A stretch of 52,504 bases of DNA, taken from positions 1 to 52,504 of the forward strand of contig CBDVBD010000002.1 of assembly GCA_965372135.1 (NCBI GenBank), read 5' to 3'. Made by a program: the position numbers and the translations under genes. This DNA is from an uncultured bacterium. GTDB taxonomy: Bacteria > Electryoneota > RPQS01 > CBDVBD01. The notes below the pieces were generated by a model. The model saw only the letters and a program-made list of their open reading frames with translations. It made no database searches and was not told the origin of the DNA. Below, in pieces: positions 1-10,631 of the stretch. Within the stretch, counting starts at the first letter, position 1; the number at the start of each line of letters is the position of its first letter.

Positions 1-83
1 ATAGCTTCCGCCTGCCTTTTCTGTTTTGATAAATTTTCCTACATTTTTCAAATGAGATACTATGTTCTAATTTACTGTAAGTA

Positions 84-1691
84 TTACATATAACCCAATT
101 GTTCAAGCCGATTTTTGATTTCCTCCTGTTCTTCATCGGTATAGACCTCATTCACACTCTGGTCTCGATAGACCGGTAAATCTTCGTATTTGACCCATTC
201 CGGAGTGGTTCCTCCGAAGAATTCTGACCGAAATACACCTTCCAATTCTTTCGGAATAGCTGTCCCCATAGCGCCTAAAATAGTCGGTGCGAAATCCTGG
301 ATGTCGATGTCCAGATCGCTTTCACCAGGCTCCACATTTCTACCCGCCATGGCGGTCATTCCAACTGATCGGTGGTTACCGCAGTGTCCGATCCGTGGCG
401 GGAAATACAGCCTTCCTTCAGACACCTTGTTGTTGGTCACAAATTTATATCCTTCACGGTTCTGGATCAGGATGTCCGGCGCATTGTCCAGGTATCGTCC
501 TTGGAACAACTCCTCACGTTTCCAGACGCGCTTTACCATCGGTTTGCCGTCGACCGGACTTCGCAGGTTCTGGATTTTGGAAGTTAGTTCCTCCCGCACT
601 GATTCATATTTTTCGGGCGGTATGATGCCGTTGGGCTCCCGCCCTTGCAGGTTCAGGTATATATGCCCGTAGTGCGATCCGTTAATGGAAAATGCCCTGG
701 TGCGGTTCCAATCCAGTTCCAAATTAAATGCTCTTGCCAGCTTCTTTACCCCTTTACTCTGCGGATGGATTTTATATCTCAATCCCATGACATCCAGCCG
801 AATCGCCAGTCGTGCTGCAAAATTAAGAAGAACCTTCGCCGACTTGCGTTTTTGAAATCCGTTACGCGCCAACCACAAATTAAGGTCAGTTTCCTGATAT
901 AATTCCCCAAATCCGTGGTCGGAAAATACGATTAGTAAATCCCGGTCGGTCAAGTGTGAGCGGATTTCCTCAATGGCACGGTCTAACATGCGGTAAACCT
1001 CACAGATTGCAGGGTAGGCGTCGCCTACCGCCGCTTCCTTGATCTGCGGGAACAGGGCGTGCTGGAAAATATCCAGATGCTGAAACTGCACCAAGAAGAA
1101 ATCCCAGGGTTGGTTTTCCAGGAGATATAGTGCCGCTTTTCGCCTGGCATCGAGTACCTTCACGATTGTTTTGGTGTAGTTTTCAATGCCCGCTTGACCA
1201 CCAACCGAGGGATTCTGGAAAATCCGGTAATCGGGGATTTGCCGAAACAGTTCATCCTTTAGCTCAGAAGGGTAAACAAATGCCGATTTTTCACCAGGAC
1301 TTAGGAATCCGCCGACAACGACACCATTGATCGGTGGAGGGGGATAAGTAAATGGTGCATTGAGGAGTATCGGACGTTGCCCCGCCGCTGCCAACCGTTC
1401 CCAGAAAGTCACCGCAGGCAGGTCTTTGAAATTGACTAATTTCGTCAGGTAGGAACCGGGTTGATACAATGAAAAATCATAGATTCCGTGACTGCCGGGT
1501 TTTAGCCCCATGTGAAAAGAGGTCCATGCCAACGCGGTCATCGGCGGCGTGGTGGAGTGCATATTGGCACGTCTGCCATCAGCGATAACCTGCTTCAAAT
1601 TCGGCATCATCCCCCGTTCCATCAAGGGATCAAGGATATCCCAGGTGGCGCCGTCTAATCCGATGACTGCTATTCGCTGACACGGTTCCAT
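84..1691 (-). CDS. Alkaline-phosphatase-superfamily protein, type I phosphodiesterase/nucleotide pyrophosphatase family
   Basis: Long ORF (track 84..1733). N-terminus IAVIGLDGATWD and later SDHGF are typical metal-ligand motifs of the AP/NPP superfamily. It is a paralog of the next gene. I prefer the start at the MEPCQRIAV Met (1691), but 1733 is possible. Confidence 0.7.
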   Translation of the reverse strand: MEPCQRIAVIGLDGATWDILDPLMERGMMPNLKQVIADGRRANMHSTTPPMTALAWTSFHMGLKPGSHGIYDFSLYQPGSYLTKLVNFKDLPAVTFWERLAAAGQRPILLNAPFTYPPPPINGVVVGGFLSPGEKSAFVYPSELKDELFRQIPDYRIFQNPSVGGQAGIENYTKTIVKVLDARRKAALYLLENQPWDFFLVQFQHLDIFQHALFPQIKEAAVGDAYPAICEVYRMLDRAIEEIRSHLTDRDLLIVFSDHGFGELYQETDLNLWLARNGFQKRKSAKVLLNFAARLAIRLDVMGLRYKIHPQSKGVKKLARAFNLELDWNRTRAFSINGSHYGHIYLNLQGREPNGIIPPEKYESVREELTSKIQNLRSPVDGKPMVKRVWKREELFQGRYLDNAPDILIQNREGYKFVTNNKVSEGRLYFPPRIGHCGNHRSVGMTAMAGRNVEPGESDLDIDIQDFAPTILGAMGTAIPKELEGVFRSEFFGGTTPEWVKYEDLPVYRDQSVNEVYTDEEQEEIKNRLEQLGYM

Positions 1692-1741
1692 TGCCAAATT
1701 GGTTTCCCTTATAGTTAAGCAATAATAGCGCATTCAGAGTA

Positions 1742-3448
1742 TTACAAATACCCGAGATCGCGCAAACGCTTTTCAATTATTTCTTGTTCTTCTTTAGAGT
1801 AGGATGATTGGTCTCCGGTGTCCAAATCTCGGGTCCTATCCGAAGAGAATTTGCCTTCCGCAGTTATTGGCTGGGCTTTTTTCGGTGTTTTGTCGGAGAA
1901 CAGTTGTTCCGGCGGTGATCCCGGCATTGCAGCGGGAATTTCCATCCCCAAAGCGGTAAGCACGGTCGGTGCGATGTCGATGATATTCATGACGTCCAAG
2001 TCGCATTGGCTGTTAATTCCGGGACCGCGGATTCCAAATACGCCGTGTAACGCATGCTTCCCGTTCACTTCCACGCCGAACGGTTCCCCGATTTTTTCTT
2101 CGGTAGTGAAAAGCACACCATGCAAATCCTCCAACGTGGTATCACAATCGTACAAGTAATCCCCCCATTCGATCACCAAATCCGGGCAATCCGCCGACCG
2201 ATTCGCCAAGGGATATGCTTCATGGCGCATCCACACTTTTCTGATGGGCTTGCGCCCGTTACGCGGATCAACCAGCGCCTCCAGTTTGTTCTTCACCTCC
2301 TTAATCAAGCTGCGATATTCCTCACCGGGTTGGACCATGCCTCCCGGTTCCCTGCCTGCTAAATTTACCCGCAAGACTTCGGCTTTCCGCCAGCCGTACA
2401 GTTTGGTTTTTTCCGGATCGATTACCGACAATCCCAATCGGGTGCCCACGCTGGTGTGCAGGTTCGGGAAAAAGCGGTTGAATATATTCTTCACTTCACG
2501 GGGCACGTTCCGTTTTATCCATGACTGAAGCTTGTCCGCTCTTTTTAGCGTCTCGAATTTTGCATCGGTCTTGATGGATAAATATCCTTCCTGCGCCAAC
2601 CAACGATTCAGGTAGAAAATACCATGTACGGCAGCACCACCATGGTCACTGGTAACGAGGGTAATTGCTTCTGGACCCGCCCAATCCACCAGTCTGCCCA
2701 AGTAATCATCCACCTGGTCGTACAAACGGTCTATTTGATTGCGCCATTGGCTGGCTTCTGTCGCATGATAAGCGGGATGAGCTGGATCAACGTACTTCCA
2801 GAGAGCATGGAGTACTCGATCCAAGGCAGTGAAAATCACGGTGGCAAGATCGGGGTGGTATCGTTCCAACAGGAACTCCGTAGCGCGCATCCTGGCTTCC
2901 ATCTGTTTGGATATCGCCTCAATAAAATCATCAGCGGAATGAAATTGTGCAGCGGTAATTTCAATACGATAATCCGGAACCGCTTCCATCAACGCCGCCT
3001 TCTCCGATGCAGGTGTCACAAAGGCACTTGCCTCACCGGGACTATCCATACCGGAAATTACTACACCACCATTCACTGGCTGCGGTGGGTAGGTCATGGG
3101 AACGTTTATTGTCACCGTTTTCAATCCATGACGTGCAACGATCTCCCAATAATTATCCCCCTGCTTGTTACCGCCCAGTACCGGTTCGTCAATCCACGTC
3201 CCCGGTTTTCGCCGGAAGAATTCGTAGATTCCGTGACCTTCCGGAGGTAACCCGGTGGAGATAGTGGACCAAGCCGCGCTGGACAACACCGGGAAAGTGG
3301 ATCGCATTCGGCATCGGATTCCTTTTTCCCCTAAGGCGTTGAAATTGGGCAATCCACCAGCCTCGATGCGTCGATTTATATAGTCCGGATCGGCAGCATC
3401 AATCCCCACAAGTAGGACTTTAGGTCCTTTGTGTCTGTAATTTTTCAT
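1742..3448 (-). CDS. Alkaline-phosphatase-superfamily protein, type I phosphodiesterase/nucleotide pyrophosphatase family (paralog)
   Basis: 568 aa ORF with VLLVGIDAADPD, TSDHGG and the same C-terminal EEQEEI..RL..LGY tail as the neighbouring paralog. The two form a tandem duplicate. Confidence 0.7.
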   Translation of the reverse strand: MKNYRHKGPKVLLVGIDAADPDYINRRIEAGGLPNFNALGEKGIRCRMRSTFPVLSSAAWSTISTGLPPEGHGIYEFFRRKPGTWIDEPVLGGNKQGDNYWEIVARHGLKTVTINVPMTYPPQPVNGGVVISGMDSPGEASAFVTPASEKAALMEAVPDYRIEITAAQFHSADDFIEAISKQMEARMRATEFLLERYHPDLATVIFTALDRVLHALWKYVDPAHPAYHATEASQWRNQIDRLYDQVDDYLGRLVDWAGPEAITLVTSDHGGAAVHGIFYLNRWLAQEGYLSIKTDAKFETLKRADKLQSWIKRNVPREVKNIFNRFFPNLHTSVGTRLGLSVIDPEKTKLYGWRKAEVLRVNLAGREPGGMVQPGEEYRSLIKEVKNKLEALVDPRNGRKPIRKVWMRHEAYPLANRSADCPDLVIEWGDYLYDCDTTLEDLHGVLFTTEEKIGEPFGVEVNGKHALHGVFGIRGPGINSQCDLDVMNIIDIAPTVLTALGMEIPAAMPGSPPEQLFSDKTPKKAQPITAEGKFSSDRTRDLDTGDQSSYSKEEQEIIEKRLRDLGYL

Positions 3449-3551
3449 ATATAAGTGCTAATTGTTTATACCTGATGCTAACAATATAACAATATCATAA
3501 ATCGATGTCAACTCCTATTTGATCACTATTTAGAATCTATTAACTGTCACA

Positions 3552-3590
3552 ATCAGGAAAACCCGTGTTAAATACACGGGTTTTCCTGAT
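3552..3590 (-). terminator. Rho-independent-type terminator hairpin (17 bp perfect stem, 5 nt loop)
   Basis: ATCAGGAAAACCCGTGT-TAAAT-ACACGGGTTTTCCTGAT. It lies about 75 nt downstream of the stop of the C25 peptidase gene and contains U/A tracts. Confidence 0.6.
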
Positions 3591-3663
3591 ATCATATACA
3601 TGCTAATCTCACATCGGATATGCTTTTAATCGCTTAAGCACTCGAGTGCCGGTCATAGATTTC

Positions 3664-6600
3664 CTAATGCTCTGCAGTAACCACGTAAAACAGCTTAACA
3701 TTGGATTGTATTGCATTTACATGCATATACGTGGTATCCGGAGTGGAATCATGGAAATTACCGGGTCCCGGTGTGAAATCCGGCACCGTATCCAGATAAA
3801 TGTTGTACCGGCTGACAGTAATGGGAAAACCGCTGGTGTCTTCCGTGACCGGCGACCAGGTGAGCACCGAATGGTCGCCCACTTTTTGAATCACAAAATT
3901 ATCCACGAATTCGGGCGGTGCTGACGGGGCATCACTGACAATAAATGTCACCGGAACCACCACTTGTGAATTGTTAGGATCGTTATTACTGATAGTCACA
4001 TTAGCTTCATAGGTTCCAGTATCCAGTTCCACTGCATTCATCTTGAATGTCAATTCATCAGAGTTTCCAGGTTCAACCGTTCCAAATAGCGGCGTCACTT
4101 CCAACCATTGTCCCGGCATGGCGAATTCAATCGCCATATTGTTGTGTAAGTATGCTTGGTTGTATGCCACCTGCAGTCCATCGGTACCATTGTGATCTTC
4201 GATGCCCACCGTGCAGCTGGTCAGGTAGGTAACCAGGTTTTGGTATTGAAATACAATCCTACCGTTAGCGTACAGAATAGCTTCGAAGGTATACGGACCT
4301 CCGATACCGATATGGTCCATGTTATCGAATTGCATAATAAAGCGCTGATTGGCGGTGTCCTGGTAGTAATAGATATCACCGCTGCCCGGTGGATACAAAT
4401 CATCCCAGAACGGTGCCAGTAACGCGTTAGGATTGCTAGCATAAGGAATGGTCCGGTTACTATAAGTGGTTAGGGTAGAAGTGAAGCTCATCCAGCCATT
4501 GGAACATACCCGGATGGAGTTATAGTTCTGACCGTAGAATTCCATGGTAAAACCTAAACCGAAAGGACCGACATTCTGGTCGTCACCGGTGATCCCAGTG
4601 TTGGTGCCGATAGTGGCAATCTCTACCCAAGAATACACCGGACCGCCGGGTTCGTCGGAGTCGATCCAGACATACCCGAAGTTATCAGGTCCTCCGGAAT
4701 TGTCCAATTGCCCCCCACCGCTTTGTCCTTGGTCGGAAATATCCACAGTAAAGGGGTTCTTGCTGCTGTAATCGATGTAGTCCCGTCGGACTAATGGTGT
4801 AAAGGGGAGTATCGGATTATCCAATCCGCCGTCACTAACGTAGAAAATCGATATCGAGTAATTCAGGTTGGAAGCACCGGTATTGGAGACAGTGACATAC
4901 TGTTCCGTGGAGTCGCCGGGTGCAGCAAAACCGGTGACTGACAGCGGATTCACAATGATATTCGGGGGATCGATCAGCGTACCCGGATCAGTAGTAAACA
5001 GGATCGCTCTGCCGTTGGTTAATGCCGCCGCCGCCGGAGGGTATTGGTTGTTAAATGTGTATTCTAATCCAATGGATTGATCCTGGTTATCGATACCTAC
5101 AGATGCATAATTGTCGTAGTTATCCCCATTAGTTACATACATATACTGCACACGGATTTCCGCATCATTGGTGGGTGTCGGGTAGTAGTTCTCATCGTAG
5201 ATGATCACCTGGAACGTTTCCCGGTCACCACTTCCCAAGTTGTACACCCGGCTCCATTCTATGATGAACAAATGGTCACTGGGATCGTAGTATTTCCACA
5301 CCCTGCCGTCGCCTGAGCTGTAACATCGGAAGTCATCCCATAGGGCGCTGACCTGAGATAACGCTCCCAATGCCCCCGGAATCCGCCAGTTCTGTGCGTG
5401 GGCAAGATCAGATTGATCCCCAAACGCCAACCAGCCATTGGAACAAACTGTAATACCACTGTAGGTTTGACCGTAGTAATTAACGGTGAATGTCAGCGGT
5501 ACATAAACAGACACATCTTGATTTTCCCCATAGTCTGGGAGGGAAAGCAATGTTCCGGATCCTTGGTGACCGGGATCGATGTCCACCCATGAATAAGAAG
5601 GTGCCTTATTGTAGAAGAGGTCCTCGTTGTCAAATGCGTAGTATCCATAGGCGTCCGGTCCCATGGGATCCGTGACTACCACTGTGCCGATTGTGTCCTG
5701 GAATACTACAGTATCCCGGAATCCGGAGGCATTTTCCAGATACAATGTGACTTCAAACGGGGTGCCGTTGAACAAGGTAGTATCGGCTTGAAGTTGGAAT
5801 CGATTAGTGGAGTTGGTTCCCGTGGCTCCCTGATTGATAGCGGGGTAGGTACCGGTGGCATCCAATATCGTGATGGCAGGGTTGTCTACCGCTACGGTTG
5901 CAGTGATTCCTGAAGGCGCATCCACCTGTCCTACATTTTCCAATGTCACTTGCAGGTTCACTATTTCCCCAGCATCGAATATTCCGTTTCCGGCATTCAC
6001 CCAGGCGTGGGAATCGTATTCCAAATCGATTTCCTCGATGGAAAGTACTACTAAAGAGGTATAGATAGTCCGATTCATGTCGGTAATCTCCAACTCCAAC
6101 TGAATGTCATAACCATGGGGAATTGTCGATGCCAATGTCACCTCGAAATCGTCGGTGGGAGTTACTTGACTACCTCCTGAAATGTTACCATAAGACACCG
6201 TTGTATTGCCCATGGAGGCTACATACGGATCGCTGGTACTGATAGTTGCGGACACACCATTTGCCGAGGAAGTTCCCCAGTTCTTCAATGTTACATTGAT
6301 TTCCAATGCCTCACCGGGATTCGCTTCCCCGTTGTTATTTCCCTGGCTGTAGCCGCTGTTGTCGTCATCAATCGCTACTGACACCGGCGCCACATTCCTG
6401 GGCGAAGATTGTACCAATGCATAGCCTACTACCGGTTTCAGGTTATGTCCCGAAACCGTGATAAATAAGCTATCTGCCGTGGTCGCCGTGATTGGCAGTG
6501 ACACTTCACCAGTGGCATCGGTTAAACCGCCAACCATGGTTTCGTTTGCTTTATAGATATGGACATAAGCCCCTTCTAAAGGTAGCAACGATGCGTCTTC

Positions 6601-8421
6601 CACCGATATTGTGACCATATTGGTTCCGATGGAAATCGAGGATGGGTAGTCTGCCGAAATCACTTCCGGAGTATCCGTCCAAATCTCGGTAGAAGGGTCG
6701 CCCATTAAGTTGTTCCAATAACAATACTCATAAGACTCGTGGGGACCCGACCATCCAATTGACTGCCATAAGAAATGAGCTTTCCCTATCGCTAAAGCAT
6801 CTCCGACGTTATATTGCCCAAGGGTTATTAATGCGTGAAAGAATGAACCATCAAATATGTTGTTTGGTTGGGTATGTGTCCCAGAAGTCGCCGTTGCGAT
6901 TGCCGCAATTGCTCCTTGGGGTTGTAGTTCACTCCCCTGTGCAAGCAGACACTCAGACACATCGTCACTGCTGACAAAATCGCCGGTACCACAGCTAAGA
7001 TTCAAACATAACGGATTCATGTAGCCGTTACTTAATTCATCTACGTGACTGCAATAGACTTCACCAACCCATGCGGGACGGTGATTCCATATGCCTACAC
7101 CGGCATTAATCCTGCTTTGGATGGTCGATTCAGACGCGCTGTAGCCATGTGTGTCCAAATTTATCTGTTGATACCCAGCGCTGTATAACAACTGTCGGAC
7201 ATATTCCATGGTGTGAACGGTGGAGGTAACCGACATAGATGTTCCGGCGTACATCCAAGCATCCTGGAACCAATTAGGATTTGAACCCCCCATATATGGA
7301 TTACTTTCATATTTAATGAGCTTCTTTCGGATGGCTCTCAAATCATTAATGAGATTAAAGGATAACCGTCCGATAGCAATCTCGGCAATGTAGTCACCAC
7401 CCTCTAACAGAGAATAACCATAATCCGATATTGACGATGCCGCTGCTACACTGTATGAGCCGGAAGCATCCCCCACTATCATTACATATTCCAATGGTGG
7501 ATCCTGGTTGGGATTGTGGTACATGTTGTAGATATAGTTGTAGATATTACTTGCCGATGTACCCGTCACCGAGGTGGTCACTACTTCGACGTTGTAGCCT
7601 TTTTTCTGTTTCCACTTGGCGATTTTATTGGCTTCGGTCAGTACTGTTGAGTTGTTGTAGCAGATTATCAATATAGTGCCGAATCCTGCTCCAGGGTCCT
7701 GCAAATCCAGCTCATCAAAATTCAACACCTCATGACGGTAAAAGGGCATCATCCCCCGGGATAACCGTCTTTCCGACACCTGCTTTTCGTTGACTCCCTG
7801 CCCGCCGGTGTGTTCCACCGACACGGACAGATCAGAATACATCCGAAGCTGCTGCGTCACCGGATTATATTGTACCGGATACATAGTCACTGCCACCAAC
7901 CGAAAATCCCGAGCAACCACCGGCTCGGAAATTTCCGCCAAATTGTCAGGATAAAATGCATCCGCCCGATAACAGTCACCGTTGAATTCCAACGCATCAC
8001 CTGCTGCTGCCACATCCATCAGGTCTTCTTCCTGCACCGGCGGTACATTCACCCCATTCACCACCGTGAATTCCCCGGCTTCCACGTGCAATTCCACGTT
8101 ACCTGTCGCCGGAATCGCCACCAGCTTTACCACTTTCGGCAGATCAGGATACCCAACTTGCCATGTGTTCCATTCACCTGGGATTGTCAATTTCGAGAAT
8201 GTTTCCCCATTAAGGGTGATACCATCTATTTGAATACCACTTACAGACAATGTAAAATCCGTTCCGTTTTCGTCGGATCGTAGTACAGTTGCCGATACCG
8301 CTTCATTGTTTGCCGTGCTTCCCACGGTGACCCATTCACCGTAACACCATCCGGCAATTAGCATCAGACCGATCAACATCCATCCCCTTATCTCGCGTAA
8401 AAATGATCCGTTCGATTGCAT
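3664..8421 (-). CDS. Secreted multidomain peptidase, C25 (gingipain-like) cysteine peptidase domain plus Ig/FN3-like and duplicated beta-sandwich domains
   Basis: 1609 aa ORF. The likely start is MQSNGSFLREIRGWMLIGLMLIAGW (signal peptide, ATG at 8421). The N-terminal region has gingipain-like His (LDTHGY) and Cys (LNLSCGTGDF) motifs and a YVMIVGD strand. The rest is long and Thr/Asn/Gly-rich. Confidence 0.7.
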   Translation of the reverse strand: MQSNGSFLREIRGWMLIGLMLIAGWCYGEWVTVGSTANNEAVSATVLRSDENGTDFTLSVSGIQIDGITLNGETFSKLTIPGEWNTWQVGYPDLPKVVKLVAIPATGNVELHVEAGEFTVVNGVNVPPVQEEDLMDVAAAGDALEFNGDCYRADAFYPDNLAEISEPVVARDFRLVAVTMYPVQYNPVTQQLRMYSDLSVSVEHTGGQGVNEKQVSERRLSRGMMPFYRHEVLNFDELDLQDPGAGFGTILIICYNNSTVLTEANKIAKWKQKKGYNVEVVTTSVTGTSASNIYNYIYNMYHNPNQDPPLEYVMIVGDASGSYSVAAASSISDYGYSLLEGGDYIAEIAIGRLSFNLINDLRAIRKKLIKYESNPYMGGSNPNWFQDAWMYAGTSMSVTSTVHTMEYVRQLLYSAGYQQINLDTHGYSASESTIQSRINAGVGIWNHRPAWVGEVYCSHVDELSNGYMNPLCLNLSCGTGDFVSSDDVSECLLAQGSELQPQGAIAAIATATSGTHTQPNNIFDGSFFHALITLGQYNVGDALAIGKAHFLWQSIGWSGPHESYEYCYWNNLMGDPSTEIWTDTPEVISADYPSSISIGTNMVTISVEDASLLPLEGAYVHIYKANETMVGGLTDATGEVSLPITATTADSLFITVSGHNLKPVVGYALVQSSPRNVAPVSVAIDDDNSGYSQGNNNGEANPGEALEINVTLKNWGTSSANGVSATISTSDPYVASMGNTTVSYGNISGGSQVTPTDDFEVTLASTIPHGYDIQLELEITDMNRTIYTSLVVLSIEEIDLEYDSHAWVNAGNGIFDAGEIVNLQVTLENVGQVDAPSGITATVAVDNPAITILDATGTYPAINQGATGTNSTNRFQLQADTTLFNGTPFEVTLYLENASGFRDTVVFQDTIGTVVVTDPMGPDAYGYYAFDNEDLFYNKAPSYSWVDIDPGHQGSGTLLSLPDYGENQDVSVYVPLTFTVNYYGQTYSGITVCSNGWLAFGDQSDLAHAQNWRIPGALGALSQVSALWDDFRCYSSGDGRVWKYYDPSDHLFIIEWSRVYNLGSGDRETFQVIIYDENYYPTPTNDAEIRVQYMYVTNGDNYDNYASVGIDNQDQSIGLEYTFNNQYPPAAAALTNGRAILFTTDPGTLIDPPNIIVNPLSVTGFAAPGDSTEQYVTVSNTGASNLNYSISIFYVSDGGLDNPILPFTPLVRRDYIDYSSKNPFTVDISDQGQSGGGQLDNSGGPDNFGYVWIDSDEPGGPVYSWVEIATIGTNTGITGDDQNVGPFGLGFTMEFYGQNYNSIRVCSNGWMSFTSTLTTYSNRTIPYASNPNALLAPFWDDLYPPGSGDIYYYQDTANQRFIMQFDNMDHIGIGGPYTFEAILYANGRIVFQYQNLVTYLTSCTVGIEDHNGTDGLQVAYNQAYLHNNMAIEFAMPGQWLEVTPLFGTVEPGNSDELTFKMNAVELDTGTYEANVTISNNDPNNSQVVVPVTFIVSDAPSAPPEFVDNFVIQKVGDHSVLTWSPVTEDTSGFPITVSRYNIYLDTVPDFTPGPGNFHDSTPDTTYMHVNAIQSNVKLFYVVTAEH

Positions 8422-8605
8422 AAAAACTACTCCGTTTCTTTCTACAATGAGGATGGTTAAAAGCCAAAACTTGCCCATCAAGGACGATTCCAAATTATCG
8501 ATACATTAAATATACTAATAATCTCTAATTTATTCAAGCATTTATTTTGTTAGTAGTAATTTTTTTCCATTAGACCCGATTGTAATAGTATTGTTCCCCA
8601 ACTAT

Positions 8606-8638
8606 GAAAAACAACGGCTCCGATAATTCGGAACCGTT
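8606..8638 (-). terminator. Rho-independent terminator after the TonB-dependent receptor gene
   Basis: On the minus strand, AACGGTTCCGA-ATTA-TCGGAGCCGTT is followed by GTTTTTC. Confidence 0.6.
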
Positions 8639-8678
8639 TGTAATATAGAGACTTACGCCGTAGTAGTTATCGTGACGC

Positions 8679-10619
8679 CTATTGATTTTTGGCGGAATAA
8701 TTTATACTGACCCCCACCAATATCTGTCGTCCGGGACTGGGATACCCGTACTCCTCCTCGTAATTCGCATCCAAAATGTTGCGTGCTTCGCACCGGAATT
8801 CCAACCATGAGGTTACCGGTTGATTTAGGTTGGCATGGAAAACCATATAGTCCGGTAACGAAATTGTAGCACCGGAAATACCCTCTGCATTGCGTTTGCC
8901 GAACCAGGACATCTCCATATTGATCCTGGTCCGGATGGGTGTTCGCACTTTGAACCTACCGGAAATCTTTTGATGAGGTGTTTCTAAGATGATAAAATAA
9001 TCCTTTTCCCAGTTCAGCCACGCCCAAGTCATGTCTCCCGATAACCAGCGGTTGGCGCCCCATTCCACCCCGGTTTCCACCCCCCAGGTGTTCACTTCCA
9101 AGATGTTTCGGTAAATTCCGGTCCAGGGTGACTTATCGATCTGATTTAATGTGTGGTTGTAAAAGATAGCAAGTTGGGGACTTAGGTAACGACTTTTATT
9201 ATAGGCAAAAAACTGTTCGACGTTAAATTCGTATTTCCAGGTTTCCTCTGGTTTGAGGTTTTCATTACCTGACGACCGGCTGTACAGGTTGTGCAGAGTG
9301 GGGAAGAGGATGCTGCGCGACATCCCGAGATGGGTAGTAATCGTCCAAGGGAATTCTTTAGTTACGCTGACCATCGGGCACAGGATATCGTTTCCCTGTG
9401 ATGCCTGTGTCTTATAAAAACCATGCCAACCGACACCCCCAGTCAGCATGATATCCGGGGTGATTTGCCAACGGTCTTCTAAGAACAAAGATCCTGTTCG
9501 AGTGGAGTATTTGCCCCAGGGCAAGTCTTTATCGATATCACGCTTCTTAGACCGGTCTTCCTGCCCCTTAAACCCCATTGTAATCATGTGGTTGCTGATT
9601 CCGATCCATTGGATGTCCGATGTGGTACCATAGGTCCAATTGTAGAGCTGGGAATCATAATTGATCCGATCCATGGAAAACGTGTTATCCTGATAGCTGA
9701 TTAGCTCGTCGAAGTAATGGTTGGCGAATACCGAGCCCTTAAAGTTGAGAGTCGGATGGAGCTGATATAATGCACTGAGATTGCCACCGGCTCGCATCCA
9801 ATCCACAAACCGCCAGTAGTTGGCATCTCTGGTGGAACTGGGAAGTCCTTTATCAGCACGAATGTAACTGAACATCAGACTGATATTCCCTCGATTATTC
9901 CAATGCTTGCCAATTTTAAAATGCCCCCCAACCCGATGCTGGTCGCTGTTGTTGCGCGTTCCGCCATCTTCCAGGTAGGATGGTTCGAAATCGTTGCTTA
10001 ACTGGTAGGCGTCACGGTTGGATTCCTCCACCGTCAACCATCCCGAATAATCTCCGAAACTGCCGCCGATGGAGCCGCTGATCTCCCGAGTATTTAAATC
10101 CCCGAACAAGCTTTTCACCGATGCATTCAGCGGTACTCCGACACCTCCTTTAGTGATGATATTGACAATTCCCCCCATGGCATTTGCCCCGTACACCACA
10201 CTGGCGGGACCTTTAACCACCTGTATCTTTTCGATTTGATCCACCGGTAATAATGACAAGTCGGAACTGCCGAAGTAACCGGCATTCAAGGGACGACCGT
10301 CTAAAAGGAACAACACCGATTCCTTCTTACTGCCTCGGATTCGCAATTCCGAACTGTTTTTCCTGCCGGCAGTCACCAACAATCCCGGATCGTACTTGAT
10401 CACATCTGCTAAAGAATTGGCACTTTGCTCTTCGATCCGGGTGTCGGTGATTTCCAGGACCGGATTCGGGTTACGCGCCGGTTTGGGGTAATACACAATC
10501 ACCTCGTCCAGAACATATACCACCCGGGCACTGTCGTCCACCGTAAACGGATATTCCACCTGCGCCCATCCCCCGAACGTTATCCCCAACAACAATATGA
10601 AACCGATCACCCTCTGCAT
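8679..10619 (-). CDS. TonB-dependent outer-membrane receptor
   Basis: Signal peptide MQRVIGFILLLGITFGGWAQ. Plug-domain motifs are present (IRGSKKESVLFLLDGRPLN, IEKIQVVKGPASVVYGANAMGGIVNIITK), along with a beta-barrel-like remainder. Confidence 0.85.
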   Translation of the reverse strand: MQRVIGFILLLGITFGGWAQVEYPFTVDDSARVVYVLDEVIVYYPKPARNPNPVLEITDTRIEEQSANSLADVIKYDPGLLVTAGRKNSSELRIRGSKKESVLFLLDGRPLNAGYFGSSDLSLLPVDQIEKIQVVKGPASVVYGANAMGGIVNIITKGGVGVPLNASVKSLFGDLNTREISGSIGGSFGDYSGWLTVEESNRDAYQLSNDFEPSYLEDGGTRNNSDQHRVGGHFKIGKHWNNRGNISLMFSYIRADKGLPSSTRDANYWRFVDWMRAGGNLSALYQLHPTLNFKGSVFANHYFDELISYQDNTFSMDRINYDSQLYNWTYGTTSDIQWIGISNHMITMGFKGQEDRSKKRDIDKDLPWGKYSTRTGSLFLEDRWQITPDIMLTGGVGWHGFYKTQASQGNDILCPMVSVTKEFPWTITTHLGMSRSILFPTLHNLYSRSSGNENLKPEETWKYEFNVEQFFAYNKSRYLSPQLAIFYNHTLNQIDKSPWTGIYRNILEVNTWGVETGVEWGANRWLSGDMTWAWLNWEKDYFIILETPHQKISGRFKVRTPIRTRINMEMSWFGKRNAEGISGATISLPDYMVFHANLNQPVTSWLEFRCEARNILDANYEEEYGYPSPGRQILVGVSINYSAKNQ

Positions 10620-10631
10620 GTTGAATCGACC

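Noticed and set aside
190-1330. Multiple 60-160 aa plus-strand ORFs inside the first phosphodiesterase gene. Similar antisense ORFs lie inside other long genes, e.g. 7810-8283, 14038-14502, 43113-43595 and 50786-51568.
   Set aside because: They are shadow ORFs on the opposite strand of well-supported long genes. They have low-complexity or Arg/Pro/His-rich translations and no recognisable motifs or RBS.
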